This document shows, one piece after another, positions 47,296-60,300 of a stretch of 64,000 bases of DNA (the first letter of the stretch is position 1; each line of letters starts with the position of its first letter). The DNA comes from an uncultured Oscillospiraceae bacterium (GTDB taxonomy: Bacteria; Bacillota; Clostridia; Oscillospirales; Oscillospiraceae): positions 1,166 through 65,165 of the forward strand of contig CAYRDE010000001.1 in the NCBI GenBank assembly GCA_964422935.1. Reading direction: 5' to 3'. The notes under the pieces are model-generated. The model had not been told where the DNA came from. It saw only the letters and a list, made by a program, of their open reading frames with translations, and did no database searches. The position numbers and the translations under genes are program-made.

Positions 47296-48849
47296 TTAGA
47301 ACTGATTGTAAATAAAGTTGCTGGCATTGTATCCGATGCCATAGATGCCCATGAGCAGAACCACTACCAGAAGCAGGAAGTACAGGCTTTGCCGCAGAAG
47401 GGCAGGCTTCTGCCACAGTAGCTCCCGGACGCTGCCTTTTCTTTCCTGGGTCAGGCTGACGAAGAAAATCAGGACGATGGCGGCGGCAAGAATGCCGTAA
47501 TCCAGAGCGCTCAGCCCCAAGCTCAGGAAGAACTCCGGATTGAGAACCTGGAGATTCAGAGAAGTGAACACAGCACCCATCCGGCGGAAGTAGTCGCCGA
47601 TGTGGGGGAACAGGTCGCAGACCTGAATCAGGTTCATCATGCAGAAGGTCCGGAGGATTTCAAAGCCCGAATACCACTTTTTCTGCTTTAAGTGGAACCG
47701 ACCGTGGAATTTCTCGTACAGAGGGGTCAGCTCCTCGGACAGGACGATGACGGCCCAGTTCAGCATTCCCCACACCAGGAAGTTGGGGCTGAAGCCGTGC
47801 CAGATGCCTGTGACGAACCAGACGGCGGCGGAAGAGAGATACACGGGAAGCTGCTTTCCAAACCGGTTCCACTTTTTGCGGACGGATTTGGAAAGGGAGC
47901 GCATGGAGGCGGAGATGGAAATGGGGTAGAAGATGTAGTTTTTCATCCACTCGCCCAGGGTGATATGCCAGCGCCGCCAGAATTCGGAGATGTTTTTGGA
48001 GAAGTAGGGCCGGACGAAGTTCTCCGTCATGGTGATGCCCATGGCCTCGCTCAGACCGATGGTGATGTCAATGCCGCCGCTGAAATCTCCGTAAATCTGT
48101 ATGGCGTAGAAGAGGGACAGCAGCAGAAACGGCGCGCCGCCCTCGGTTCCCCGGAGGGCCAGAACCGCCGGGGCCAGACGATCCGCTACCACCAGCTTTT
48201 TAAAGTAGCCCCAGAGCATCCGCTGAAGACCGAAGGACAGGGTTTTGGCATCGTAGGCATGGGGGGCGCAGAGCTGGGGGGCAAGCTGAGAGAACCGGCT
48301 GATGGGTCCCTGCATGAGCTGGGGGAAGAAGGAGACGAACAGAGCCAGCTTCGCCGGATTCCGTTCCGGCGGAACGGCTTCCCGGTATACATCCATCACA
48401 TAGCCCATGGTCTGGAACATGTAAAAGGAGATGCCCAGAGGCAGCCCCAGGCTCAGGAAGGAAATGGCCTTACCCTGAACCATGGTACGGAAGGGGTCAA
48501 TGAGCAAAGCCTTGCAAAAGGCCAGTACGGCAAAATTCAGGGTGATGCACAATAACATCCACCGCCGGTTTTTCTGCTTCACCGCCTGCTTGAGGGCCTT
48601 TTTTTCCTCCCGGGAGAGGGTGGGCAGAGCCGCGTCCCGGTTCCGGAAATTCCTGTCCATGCACCAGGTTGCGCCATAGGTGGAGAAAATGGTGAGCAGC
48701 AGAAATACCAGATAGGAAGGCCCCGCGGTCAGGTAGAAAAGAGCACTGGCAATCAGCAGAAGCACCCACTGGGCTTTCTTTGGTACGAGATAGTAAACGA
48801 TGAGCAAAAGGGCTGTGAACAGCAGAAAGGAGTAAGAAGTAAAGCTCAT
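47296..48849 (-). CDS. MBOAT family O-acyltransferase (AlgI/DltB-like)
   Basis: LPLGISFY, SFFPQL.QGPI, FWRRWHITL, GIWHG. Confidence 0.9.
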   Translation of the reverse strand: MSFTSYSFLLFTALLLIVYYLVPKKAQWVLLLIASALFYLTAGPSYLVFLLLTIFSTYGATWCMDRNFRNRDAALPTLSREEKKALKQAVKQKNRRWMLLCITLNFAVLAFCKALLIDPFRTMVQGKAISFLSLGLPLGISFYMFQTMGYVMDVYREAVPPERNPAKLALFVSFFPQLMQGPISRFSQLAPQLCAPHAYDAKTLSFGLQRMLWGYFKKLVVADRLAPAVLALRGTEGGAPFLLLSLFYAIQIYGDFSGGIDITIGLSEAMGITMTENFVRPYFSKNISEFWRRWHITLGEWMKNYIFYPISISASMRSLSKSVRKKWNRFGKQLPVYLSSAAVWFVTGIWHGFSPNFLVWGMLNWAVIVLSEELTPLYEKFHGRFHLKQKKWYSGFEILRTFCMMNLIQVCDLFPHIGDYFRRMGAVFTSLNLQVLNPEFFLSLGLSALDYGILAAAIVLIFFVSLTQERKGSVRELLWQKPALLRQSLYFLLLVVVLLMGIYGIGYNASNFIYNQF

Positions 48850-48933
48850 AATGTATCTTTCCGAAAACAGTGGCCGGAGCCTTTCCGGCCCTGCCGTGGT
48901 TTCTTAAAAGGTATCAATTAACGGGATGTTACC

Positions 48934-50211
48934 TCAGGACAGAGGCTTGTCCGGCGTGGCGGGGTAGAGGGACTTGTCTCTGTTGAAGCAGTTGAAGTTT
49001 CTGGCGGAATAGGCATCCAGGTAGGCGTCGGTAATGAGGCACACCCGGATCTTTTCGCCGACCCGGGGGGTCACGTCCAGGTGATAATAGGTTTCCCCGC
49101 CGTCCACGCTGACCAGACTCCAGAAGTGGTTATTGTCGGTGGGATAGTTCTTCTCTTTCTTTACGTCGATGTTGGGAATGCCCAGCTCCTCCAGGAAGAG
49201 CTTGGTCAGAGCGAAGTAGCTGAAGCAGTCGCCCACGCCGGTTTGGAGCATATGGTAGCCTTCCTGCCGGTAGTCGTCAAAGCCGGTGCGGTTGGAGTAG
49301 ATGCAGTGATCCCAGATCCAGTCGTAGAGGGCACGGACCTGCTGCTCCGGCGTCATGTCGTCGGTGACGATGGCCTTGGCCTGCTTGGAAATGGCCTCCT
49401 CAATGACGCTCAGCTCCACATACTTTTCCTCCTTTTCCAGAACGGTGATCTTCGTCTGGGCGGAGGAGGTGTTGCCAAAGTCATCGGTAGCGGTATAGGT
49501 CAGGGTGTACTCGCCGGGGTTTTCCAGATCCACCTGGCTGTTGTCAATGGTAAGCTCCGGGGAATCGTCGGTATCGTCCGTGACGGTGACGCCCTCCCGG
49601 TAGGATACGGGGTCCCCCTGATAGATCATTATGGATTCCCGGACGCCCTCAATGACGGGCGGCTCGGTATCGGTAATTACCGTCAGCTGGGCGGTGGCCT
49701 GGGTGACATTGCCGCCCTCGTCGGTCACTTCCAGGGTAACCTCCTGGGTTCCGGTTCTGGTCAGATCCGGTTCCGTTACATACCGGACGGTGGTTTCGGT
49801 TTCGTCCTGGATACCGGCAAGGAAGGCGTCGATTTCCAGGGGGTCAATGCTCCGCATGGAAACGGACTGGGTGGTGACCTTCGGGGCTACGGTGTCCCGG
49901 ACATGGAGCACCACATCATGGGGCTTGCGGCAGTATTCGATCTGGAGGGGATAGTCGCCGGGGTGCCTGAGCATGGCGGCATCCGGGTCCGTCAGAAAGG
50001 ACGCCTCGAAGCCCTTGTACCGATGGGTCAGGTAGGCGTTGGGGTTCGGGGTTTCGCCCACTTCAATCCAGGTTTCTCCGATGGTGTTGTTGACCACCAG
50101 GGTATTGAAAACCCAAAGGTTGCCGGCAACCAGAAGGATAATCACAAGCAGCAAAATCCAGGGAAGAACGGGATGCATCTTTTTTTGCTTTGGGTGAGTC
50201 TGGGTACTCAT
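48934..50211 (-). CDS. Transglutaminase-like protein with Ig-like domains
   Basis: GDCF, HFWSLV, HLD triad; DTEPPVI repeat domains. Confidence 0.8.
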   Translation of the reverse strand: MSTQTHPKQKKMHPVLPWILLLVIILLVAGNLWVFNTLVVNNTIGETWIEVGETPNPNAYLTHRYKGFEASFLTDPDAAMLRHPGDYPLQIEYCRKPHDVVLHVRDTVAPKVTTQSVSMRSIDPLEIDAFLAGIQDETETTVRYVTEPDLTRTGTQEVTLEVTDEGGNVTQATAQLTVITDTEPPVIEGVRESIMIYQGDPVSYREGVTVTDDTDDSPELTIDNSQVDLENPGEYTLTYTATDDFGNTSSAQTKITVLEKEEKYVELSVIEEAISKQAKAIVTDDMTPEQQVRALYDWIWDHCIYSNRTGFDDYRQEGYHMLQTGVGDCFSYFALTKLFLEELGIPNIDVKKEKNYPTDNNHFWSLVSVDGGETYYHLDVTPRVGEKIRVCLITDAYLDAYSARNFNCFNRDKSLYPATPDKPLS

Positions 50212-50520
50212 AGAGAAATCTCCTTTGCGATAGTGAAAGATATTCGGGCATGGAGCTGTAGGCTTACTGGGAAAGCTGCACATTCGCGCTTGTGCGGCAG
50301 CAAAAGGGCAGGCATGTCAATTTCTTATTATATCGAACACAAGGGGAAATGTCAATGTCGGAAATGGGCCTAAATTGTGGGAAATGAATCGCGAAAGACC
50401 CTCCGGCAGCATTGACAAAAAAGCTGAAAAATGTTTACACAGCATATTGTATAGATATTACAGTGGTGACCCTGCCCAAATGCAGGGAAGAATCTGTGTC
50501 GATGAAGGAGATACCGAACA

Positions 50521-51351
50521 ATGAAAAGAAGGGGATTTACACGGTTTCTGTCCATGTTCCTGGCGCTGGTACTTACGCTGTCCTGCGTCAATGTAACGGC
50601 CTTTGCCACGGACCTGACAGAAGACACAACCAACGCCGCCACGGAGACGAAGCCGGCGCCTGCGACGGAACCGACCACGGTTCCCACCACGGAGGCTGCA
50701 ACGGAACCGACCACGGTCCCCACCACGGAGCCGGAGACGGAGCCGACCACCGTGCCCACCACGGAGCCGGAGACGGAAGATCCCACGGCCCCCTCCACCG
50801 AGGCCCCGTTGGTTCCCCAGGAAAGCGAACCGAAGCCGATTGTGCCGGAGGAGATGCCGCTGCTGTTTGACATCAGCTGGTATGACCAGGCAAATGCCGC
50901 CCAGAAGCGCCCGGGGATTTCCGCGCTGCTGAAGCTCTACGCCAACGACAGCCGTATCGCCCTTCCCCAGGTGACGGTGCTCAATCAAGACAGGGATGGG
51001 GACGGCGCGCCGGACCCGGATCTGTCCTATGGCCTGGAGACCTGGCATTATAGGATTGTGGTGCCCGATGTGGACGAAACCGGCGCTCCCATTACCTATA
51101 CCCTGAAACAGGACGGGGAGAAGCTCCACAGCCGGCCCGAGGAAAAGTACTGGGCATATCGGGCCATGGACTATGCCCTGCTGGAGCTGTCTGAAGAGGA
51201 CCTGAATACCCTGAAGACCACGGCCCTGGCTCCCGACGGTACCATGAAATTCGGCGGGGAGACAAAGCGATTTGTTAACTTCTTCTCCGACGCTGAGGAG
51301 ACGCCAGAGGGGACAGAAAAACCCGTGATCCCCCCCACAAGAAGGGGGTGA
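50521..51351 (+). CDS. N-terminal part of a giant surface adhesin (frameshifted)
   Basis: Signal peptide, TEPTTVPT repeats; ends just after a C7 tract. Confidence 0.75.
   Translation: MKRRGFTRFLSMFLALVLTLSCVNVTAFATDLTEDTTNAATETKPAPATEPTTVPTTEAATEPTTVPTTEPETEPTTVPTTEPETEDPTAPSTEAPLVPQESEPKPIVPEEMPLLFDISWYDQANAAQKRPGISALLKLYANDSRIALPQVTVLNQDRDGDGAPDPDLSYGLETWHYRIVVPDVDETGAPITYTLKQDGEKLHSRPEEKYWAYRAMDYALLELSEEDLNTLKTTALAPDGTMKFGGETKRFVNFFSDAEETPEGTEKPVIPPTRRG
50660..50780 (+). repeat. 36-bp coding tandem repeat
   Basis: TEPTTVPTTE(AA/PE) x3. Confidence 0.8.
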
Positions 51352-51367
51352 GGAGGCTGCGGAGCTT

Positions 51368-54300
51368 GTGGAGGCCCTACAGGCCAAAGTGACCATCGCC
51401 TGGCTGGACTGGGGAGATCCTCAGCAGCTGCGGCCTAAGGATATGCAGAAGCTGCTGCAGGTTTACGCCGACGGTCAGCTTCTAAGCAGCGACAGCTATA
51501 CCATTACGGAAGAAGGCCCTGCGGACTTCTACGGCATGGAGGCCTACAGTTATCTGATTTCCGGTCTGCCGGTGTATGCCCAGGCGGAAGCCGCCGAGAG
51601 CGAGGAAGTCACCGAGGGTGAGGAAGCCGCCGAAGAAGCGGAAGCCGGAACCCCCATCTCCTATGTCGTCAAGCAGGACACCTCTCTGCTCACCGCCTAC
51701 CAGAATCTGGACCCCCTCATGCTGGCAGTTCTGCTGAATCCGGACGCGGAGAGCGAGGAGGAGCTGGTGGTAACGGAGGAGCAGGCTGCTGCCTTCCTGG
51801 CAATGGACGGAGAATGGGCGGTGACGCCGGAGGATGGCTCCGCCCCCGCCCGGGCCTTTGTCAACTTCTTTGCCGATGGGGTCGTGCTGGCTGAAACAAA
51901 AAAGGAGACCGACTGGGAGACAGATGCCTCCGTTCAGACGCAGGTGGTTTGGTTTGACGCCATTAACGACAAGGCCTATACCCATGATGGGGAGCTTCTC
52001 CCCTACATTTCCTACACTGTGGATGGCGAGCAATATGATTTAAGCCTCACCTGGGATGCGCAGGCGATCGACAATGGGGATGGTACGTTTAGAGCCGCAT
52101 ACTCCTATACCTACACGCAGGAGGACGCGGATCGCCTTGGCGTAACGGCGGGAGAGAAGCTGGTCATTACAGACACCGGCGATAACAACCTGAACCGCAC
52201 CCTGGCGGCTGCGAACCTGACCAGCAAGCGTATCGACAGGACCCTTACCCAGGGGACGAATTCGGAAACCGGCGAACCGGAGTGGACCGTTACAGAAGAA
52301 AAGACCACCGTCATCACCTGGTCTCCCATCAGCATCGGCTTCTGGAATGGCACAGAAAACGGCCCGGATAACAGCAAGTATCCCACCCCCAATGTCAGCC
52401 GGTATTCCCGCAAGGAAGAAAAGAATCCGGATGGTTCTGTTTCTTACACGATGTATCCCATGCAGAACCTGGTAATCGATATTGAGTTCCGGGCGGGCAT
52501 TGAAAATGCTAAGGATCATCCCGGATGGGCGAAGACGCTGTTCGAGCAAACGGGCATTTCCATGAATGGCAAGGACGTCAACGGAGACCCTGGCTTTAAC
52601 TTTGACGAGAACCTGACTGACTTCTGGGATCAGCTGCTGGAGACCTATGGCGCCAGAAGGTCCGACTTCACCCTGACCGGCCCGGACAGTGATGGCAGGT
52701 ATCACTATACCATTTTGAACGTCCCCGTCTACGACACGGACAAGAAGCAAATCACCTACACCCTGGATACCAGGGAGGAGACGCTGAATGTAAATGCCCC
52801 CGGAGACTGGTACTTCACCATCGAGAACGACAATAAGAATGTACCCGGTTATGGTACTGACGTAAGTCAGGGCTACAACGGCGGTACCGTTATCCTGACC
52901 AGAACCAATACCACGGAGTATCGAGCAACCAAAATCTGGCAGGATGAGCTCACCAAAGAGGAGCGCCAGTCAACCGACTGGACCCTGTGGCGGTATGCGG
53001 CGAGACAGGGCGACACCTTTGAGATGGCAGCCCAGGTCTTCATGGACGCGGATAACAAAACAATTACGATCGTGGCAACAGATAAAAATGGTGATGTAAC
53101 CAAAACGTTTGTAAATACCTTCAACTGGACAACCAGCGGCGAAACCATTGAGCACTTCCTGATTGAGAACCTCCCCAAATATAACTCCGACGGTTATGAG
53201 TACACCTACTTTGCCAGAGAGGCAAACCTGGACAGCTCCTATGTCCGCCACTTTGGCGCTTATACCGACGGGGAATTCCAGGAGGAGTCGGCGGAAGAAA
53301 CAGCGAATCGGGAGAAGACAGGCTACCGGGGCATCAACAACGGCGGCGCCGTTGCCAACCAGAAGACCCAGTACATTCCCATCAGTGTGACCAAGGAATG
53401 GGTTGCGGCCCGGTACCAGAATGACCTCAGCAATATCCAGGTGGTGGTGAAGCTCAAGGCCAGACATGTTCGTCCGCAGGGAGATGACGCAAAAGATAGC
53501 TGGCACGATGTCCTGGACGGCAATGGCAACCCCCGCACCCTGACCCTGGAGGGCTTTACCGCCTACCAGCTGACCCAGACCCGCACCATGGAGGTGGACC
53601 AATACTGCTCGGAAGGCCATGAGCTGGAATTCATGTGGGAAGAGGTTGCCATCTATGAACTCGAGACGGACGAAGCCGGGAACCTCCTCAAAGACGAAGA
53701 TGGAAACTACAATGTAAAAAAAGAGATTTACAAGGAGAAAAAAGTAATCGATGGGGAGGAGCAGGACATCTTCTGTCTGTCCATCAACAGTAAGGCAGTG
53801 GAGACTGACAGCTTTCCCCATGCGGACGAGTATTTTGTCTCCAACAGCAATTCCAATGACCAGCTGGGTGACGGACAGGTCATCACCAACACCCTGGAAG
53901 GCACCACCGAATACTTTGTCAAAAAGACCTGGGATGAAACCCTGACGGCAGGCCCCATTACCATTTCCCTGAAGGCCTATGATTCCGCCGGCAGAGACGT
54001 GACCCAGGAGCTGACGGATAAGGGCTATGCGCTGGAGAAAACCCTGAAGGAGGACACCCCGCTGACCATAAAGGATGAGAATAACAAAGACACTGCCTAT
54101 GGCGGTAACTACGAATCCCGGGACAGCCAGTGGGTCCACCTGTTCGAGGATCTGCCCAAATACGACGCGGAGGGCAACCTCTATAACTACATCATTCGGG
54201 AGTACGGGACCACCATCAACGGCACCATGCCGGAATATCACTATGGTAATGATGTGGATGACGACACAGTAGACGAAAAGCAGTCGGTTCTCATTCACAA

Positions 54301-57300
54301 CGCACCCGTGCCCGGTGTGGTTCAGTACATTGATGTGCGGAAGGTCTGGCTGGACGACAGCGTTACCGCCGGTCGGGATGACTGTAAGTTTGCCATTTAC
54401 GCCGGTACCTACCCCAATGGAAGACTGCTCTACGGAAAAAACGATGATGACTCCAACGGCCTGCTGGGAGACTACGTTATTGTAGCCGAGGGCAGCAACT
54501 GGTGGCGTCATGTAGACGTTACGGTCTTCGCCTATTGCGTGAATGTCTCCGGAACAATCCATTACCTGACGTATGGGCAATTGCAGCAGAACTGGGAGAC
54601 ACTGACAGAGTATGATGAAAAGGGTCAGCAGGTAAATAATCAGGATAACAGGCAGCGTCCTGACGTATACCTGAGCCTGTACCAGCGGGAGTACCAATAT
54701 GAGGACGACGGTACACCAAAGCGGGATAAGGATGGCAATCACCTCTATGATATTGTGAAGCTTCCTTATAAGGATTATCTGTGGACCCAGGAATCAGACG
54801 CCAGCAATACGGAGGACTACTGGACGGCTGGCTTTGATCTGCCCAAGTACGATGACCACGGTACGGAAATCATCTACTATGCCTCCATTTTCACTGTGGT
54901 GAACTATACCGGTATTGACTACATTGGCGCACAGTTCGGTGAGGGCGAGGTAAAGGACATCGATAGTTTCCTGAAAGATGATAATCTCCTCAACCAGTCC
55001 GAGGTCGTGTACGACAAGATCACGGGAAAGTTTGTGGTCACGCACAAGGAGAACAGCAGCATCACGGAATTCTTCCCCCAGGGGAATAAGAATGGCCTGC
55101 CCCTGCTGGAAGCCGACAATACCTTTGTTGAGCAGATCAGGGAGAAGGTCAACGTCATCGGACGTAAGATCTGGGAGAACATCCCGACCGGCTTCCCCAC
55201 CAACGAGCTGCCCGGTCTGACCTTCAATCTGTACCGCTTCAAGATGAACCATAGCGGTCAATTCCTGGATGGAGAAGACAAGCCCGTTTCCGATGAGCCG
55301 GACCTGAATACACGGCCCCGCAAGGTTGAGAACCATGTGCTGAAGGTGTATGCCGCCGATAATACCGCCATGACGGGCGAACCGGTAGCAACCTACCAGG
55401 TCGAGCTGATGGCCCGGGTTGAGCGGGTTCAGAGCCCCGGCGTAGACTATGAGTTCAAAATGAACTGGGTGGGCTTTAATGACCTGGAGGGAAATCCAAT
55501 CATCGGTGAAGACAATGCCAAACGATGGAGCAAATTGGGCGGTCTCAATGAGGGAGCGGAAGCCTACGGCAAACCCATGGCGAAGTACGACGCCAACGGC
55601 AACATGTACAGGTACGCCGTGGTGGAAACCATGCCCAGCGATGACACCTGGGAGAATCTGGGGAACGCCTACGAAAACCTGTGCGGCTCCATCAATGGCT
55701 ACTACATTACCAATACCTTCGATACGGTGAATAATGTGGCCCCGATTCGGGTGAGCAAGGATTGGAATTTTCCAAATCTGAATTTAAAGGATGACGAAAC
55801 ACCGAAGTTCCCGGAGAGAACCGAATTTAAGCTGTACCGGTTCTACAAAACGGTGGATGGCTTTGGTACGCCGCCGGTTCCCAGCTACGCCGAACCCGAG
55901 GAAGTGGCGACCACGGTGCTGGAAGGTCGGGAAGCATCTTACAACTGGGCGGCGGGAAATGAATCGACTGTAACCTTCCGGAACCCGGGAGCCACGCAGG
56001 CGGATAAGGACACCCAATGGCCCATCTACGCCCCCAATGGCAATCCCTACATCTACTTCGTGGGGGAGACACCTTTGGATGGCTATGAGGAAGCTAAGCT
56101 TACCCTGAACTCCGGGGGGGTGTTTGACGATCCCACTGGTGAGGGCTGGCCTGATCTGAAGGATCCTCAGTATTCCTGGGCATCTCCGGCCTTTAAGCTG
56201 GAGGATCAGACTGCCGAGGTACAAGTAGGCGTCGAAAACAAGTACACCGGCGAGGATCACGTAGACCTTACCGGCAGTAAGGTTTGGCGGGACTACGGCG
56301 GCGTCTTCGGAACCCGGCCCAATAGCCTGATCCTGTATCTCTACCGCAGCGCGAAAGAAGTAAATGAGTATGTCGGCAAGCTGACTCTGACGCTTGGCGG
56401 CAATGGGCTTTCACCTGCATGGAATCACACATCGCCTGGTCCGAAAAACGAGTCCCCCGCAACGAATGTAACGGGTGATATCAAAGTTACCACGGAGTTG
56501 TCTGAGGACAAAAAGACGTGGACGTACCACATCACAGGTCTGGATGGCTACCATACTTACGCTGTGCCCTACACCTATAAGGTGCAGGAAGATATAACGA
56601 ATCTGGGAGACTATACTGCGGAGAACGGCGGAGCGGCAACGGGAAAGACCGATACGGAGCGCAACACTGTCACCATGGGTGATCTGACGAACAGTCTGAC
56701 CACAAGCCTGACAGTGGAGAAGCTCTGGAAAGCAGGCGATGACAAGCCGCCTGTCAAGATGCCGCCTGTTGTGGTAAAACTCCAGATTAGTGATGATAAT
56801 GGGAAGACATGGCAATGGGCAGATGCGTATTTTGTGAAGTACTTTAAAAACAACGTAGATTTCACATATGAAGAATTCCTGAAGGAATATCAGGTTGTTT
56901 TCGACAAGGAATTAACACCCGGTCACTGGAGTACTGAGTTTATACATCTGCCAAAGGGCATCTTTAAGGGTGAGGCAAAGACCTTCCAATACCGTGCCAG
57001 AGAAATTAAGATTGATGATCTGGAGGTAAAATGGGATGCTGACCTGAAAACGATTGTGTCCATTGGAGGCAAGCCCTACAATGGCACCGGTTATCTTATT
57101 ATCACCGAAGATGATCAGGATGGAACCATTACCAACGCCTTCCGGGAGACACAGTTCTCTGTCACCAAGATTTGGGAGGGCGATGAGAACAACCGGTATG
57201 GCACCCGTGGAGACGTGGACGATGAGGACACCACCACATGGTCTGTGAGCTTCCATATCTACCGCTCTTATCAGGGAAACAATGGAACGCCGGAGATATT

Positions 57301-60300
57301 GAAGTATCCCGGTTCTGATGTGGATTTCGTTGTGACGGTAAGCGGTGTGAATCGCGATGATAATGCGACGGCAACCGTCAATAATCTTCCTGCCCAGGCG
57401 CCCAACGGTGAGACGTACAAATACTTCGCCGTGGAGCTGAACCCGAATGGAACGGAAGTCAGCAGGAACCCCATTGGTGATTACAACGGTACCTATGGTG
57501 TTGTGTATGATGATGGGAAAGACGCCAATACAACCACCGTCACCAACACCATGAACCCCACCCAGCTGACGGTTACCAAGAATTGGGTAGGTGACCAGAC
57601 CAGCTTCCGTCCCGAAAACCTCCCCCTGACGCTGTACCGGAGAATTCAGGGAACTACCGGTGAAGGCACAAAGGTTCCCAATGCTCCTGCTGCCAGCTGG
57701 AACAAAGGAAACGGCAATACCTGGACTGCTACCTATGGTCCCCTGCCCAAGAAAGACCCGTCGGGTAATGTATACGAATACTACGTTACAGAACAGACCA
57801 AGGATGGCTATGAGCGCCCGCTGTATGGCACTGACTCTGGAGCCGCCGGTTCCAAACCGAATGGAGAGTACTGGGAGGAAACCATCACCAACACCGCAAC
57901 GCAGTTCACCCTGGATAAGGTGTCCGAGACGGCTTCTACCGAAAAGCTGAATGGTGTGACCCTGGTATTCCAGTCCTCGGACAATCAATGGACGCTGACC
58001 TGGGAACGGAATGCAGACGGTGAAGAGCGGTATGAGATCAAGAAGGGCCAGGGCAGCTGGTCTGCCAGTGGGGAAAAGGAGAATGGTGGCTTTGTCACTG
58101 GCCCGGTACAGATCACAGGACTTCCTGTTGGTAAGACCTTCATACTGAAGAGCGAAACGCCGCCTAAGGGCTATGTTATGCCAAAGGGTACGGTGTCGTT
58201 CAAATTGAAGGCAGATGGCACGCTCTCAATCGTGTCGGGTGCAAATACTTACCTGACACTGGGCACTGACAACCTTGCGCTGACCCTTGCCGATCCTGAA
58301 ACCCAGATTACCCTGAAAAAGCTGAATCAGGAGAATACGGAAATCACTGAGGGCTACACCTTTAAGCTCCACGGAATCTTCCATACGGAGAACGGAGATA
58401 AAGAAGAAGACCGCACCCTTGCTCCGGATTCCAAAGTCAAGGAAGTCAAGGACGGCGAACTGATGGTATCCACAAATGCCAGCAGTCCGGAATACACCTA
58501 CACCCTGACGGAGACAGGGGCCCCCGATGGCTACAAGCTCTCCAATGTCACAGTAAAGTTCTACCTGGATGTGAATGGCACTGTTCACATTCTGGAAGGG
58601 CAGAGTGTTGCGACGGCAAACGGTTCTACTGTTAGCTTTAAGGATGATCCCTTCACTCTGACGGTGCGCAAGCAGGAAGAGAATGCCAATCGTTTCCCGG
58701 CTGGCGCGGAGTTTGAACTGAAGGAGCATGAGACAAACAAAGTTTTGGGCAAATTCACAACGGGTAAGAACGGCAGTGTAACCATTAACAGCACAGCCAC
58801 CAATCCCAAACTGAAAGTGGACGGAATCTACGTCCTGACGGAAACCAAGGCTCCTGACGGGTATCTCCTTCCCGAAGAAAATGCCCGTTCGAAGACCTTC
58901 CAGATTCAGGATGACGGAACGGCCTTAACCGGAACGATTGATGCCAGCGGCAGCTTCACCCCGGGCACCGATCCGGAAACTGCCATGCTGACCTTCACTG
59001 ACAAGCCCATCAAGATTACCCTCAAGAAGATCAATGTGGAGACTAACGAAGGCCTTAGTGGCGCCAGGTTCAGGCTGGACCGGAAGACCTCTGACAATCC
59101 GGAGAAGTGGACTACTGTCCGGTCGGGAGTCACAACCGGCAAAGATGGCACAGTGCTACTGTGGGATGCGGCCAATGGTCCCTATGTGGTACAGGGCGGC
59201 ACCTACCGTCTTGTGGAAACCCAGGCCCCGGCAGGCTATGTGACAGAGGGCACAACGGAGTTTACGGTTAGCGGGGACGGGAAAACCGTTACCGTCACCG
59301 GAGAGGCACCTTCCGACACGATCACCGTTACGAACAGGAAAACCAGCTTCAAAATCATGAAGCGGGATAACGAGCTTGAAAAGCCTTTAAGTGGCGCAAC
59401 CCTGGCTATCTATGAATACGATGCTTCTGATGACACGCACAAGGGCAAACGTATTGCCACCTGGGAAACCGATGGCATGGGCCATACCCTGGATGGTGTT
59501 CCGGAAGGTGAGTACATCCTCTGCGAGGAGGTGACACCGGAGGGCTTTGCGCAAATTCCTTCCCTGCATTTCAAACTGCGGGAGGGTAATCAGATTCAAC
59601 TGATTGGGGCAAGCACAACCCACTTTGCCTTGGGAGAACCTGAACAGGGCAGCGACGTCTACACCATTTACGCCATTGATAAAAAGGTTCGCGGTCATGT
59701 AGCCTTGACAAAGGTTCGGGCGAGCGATCAGGCACCTTTGAAGGGTGTCATGTTCGACCTTTACCAGGTAGTGCCGGACGGTGAGGATTTGCGGATTGCA
59801 CGCAATCTGGAAACCAACGAGCATGGTGAATGGACATCCGTCGGCAGTGAGCGCCTCTTTGAAGAGAGCGTGGATGCCGGAAAGAAGCTGTCAACCGGCC
59901 TGCCCAAGGGCGACTACTACTTCCTGGAGGTGGCAGCCACCGAGGATACGGCGTTGGATCGTCAGACAAAGCACAGCTTCACCATTACCACAGACGGAGA
60001 AGTTGCGCATCCGGATAAAACAGGCACCATTGTGAATCAGATGTTTACCGCAAACGTGAAGCTGAAAAAGCTGGACGAAGTTTCCGGCGCGAATGTATCC
60101 GGCGCTACCTTCACCCTTACCTATGCGGCAGACAGCGCAGTGTACAGCCAGGAGGCTGTGACGAACAGCAGCGGCGAAGTGACCTTCCAGGATCTCCCCA
60201 AAAAGGGTACCTACATTCTGGAAGAAACCATGGCTCCCAACGGTTATGACATTGCGGGGGTCCATGGTGAGGACCACAAGCCATTCAAGGCAGAGCTGAT

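Noticed and set aside
39352-50211. Host envelope-modification genes as a novel system
   Set aside because: MBOAT/SGNH, PIG-L and sugar transferase are common, and here are interleaved with housekeeping genes
50660-50780. CRISPR-like repeats
   Set aside because: Coding tandem repeats without unique spacers; no cas genes in the window
54500-54680. Possible in-frame deletion junction within the adhesin
   Set aside because: Repeat periodicity looks disturbed but cannot be established without homologue alignment
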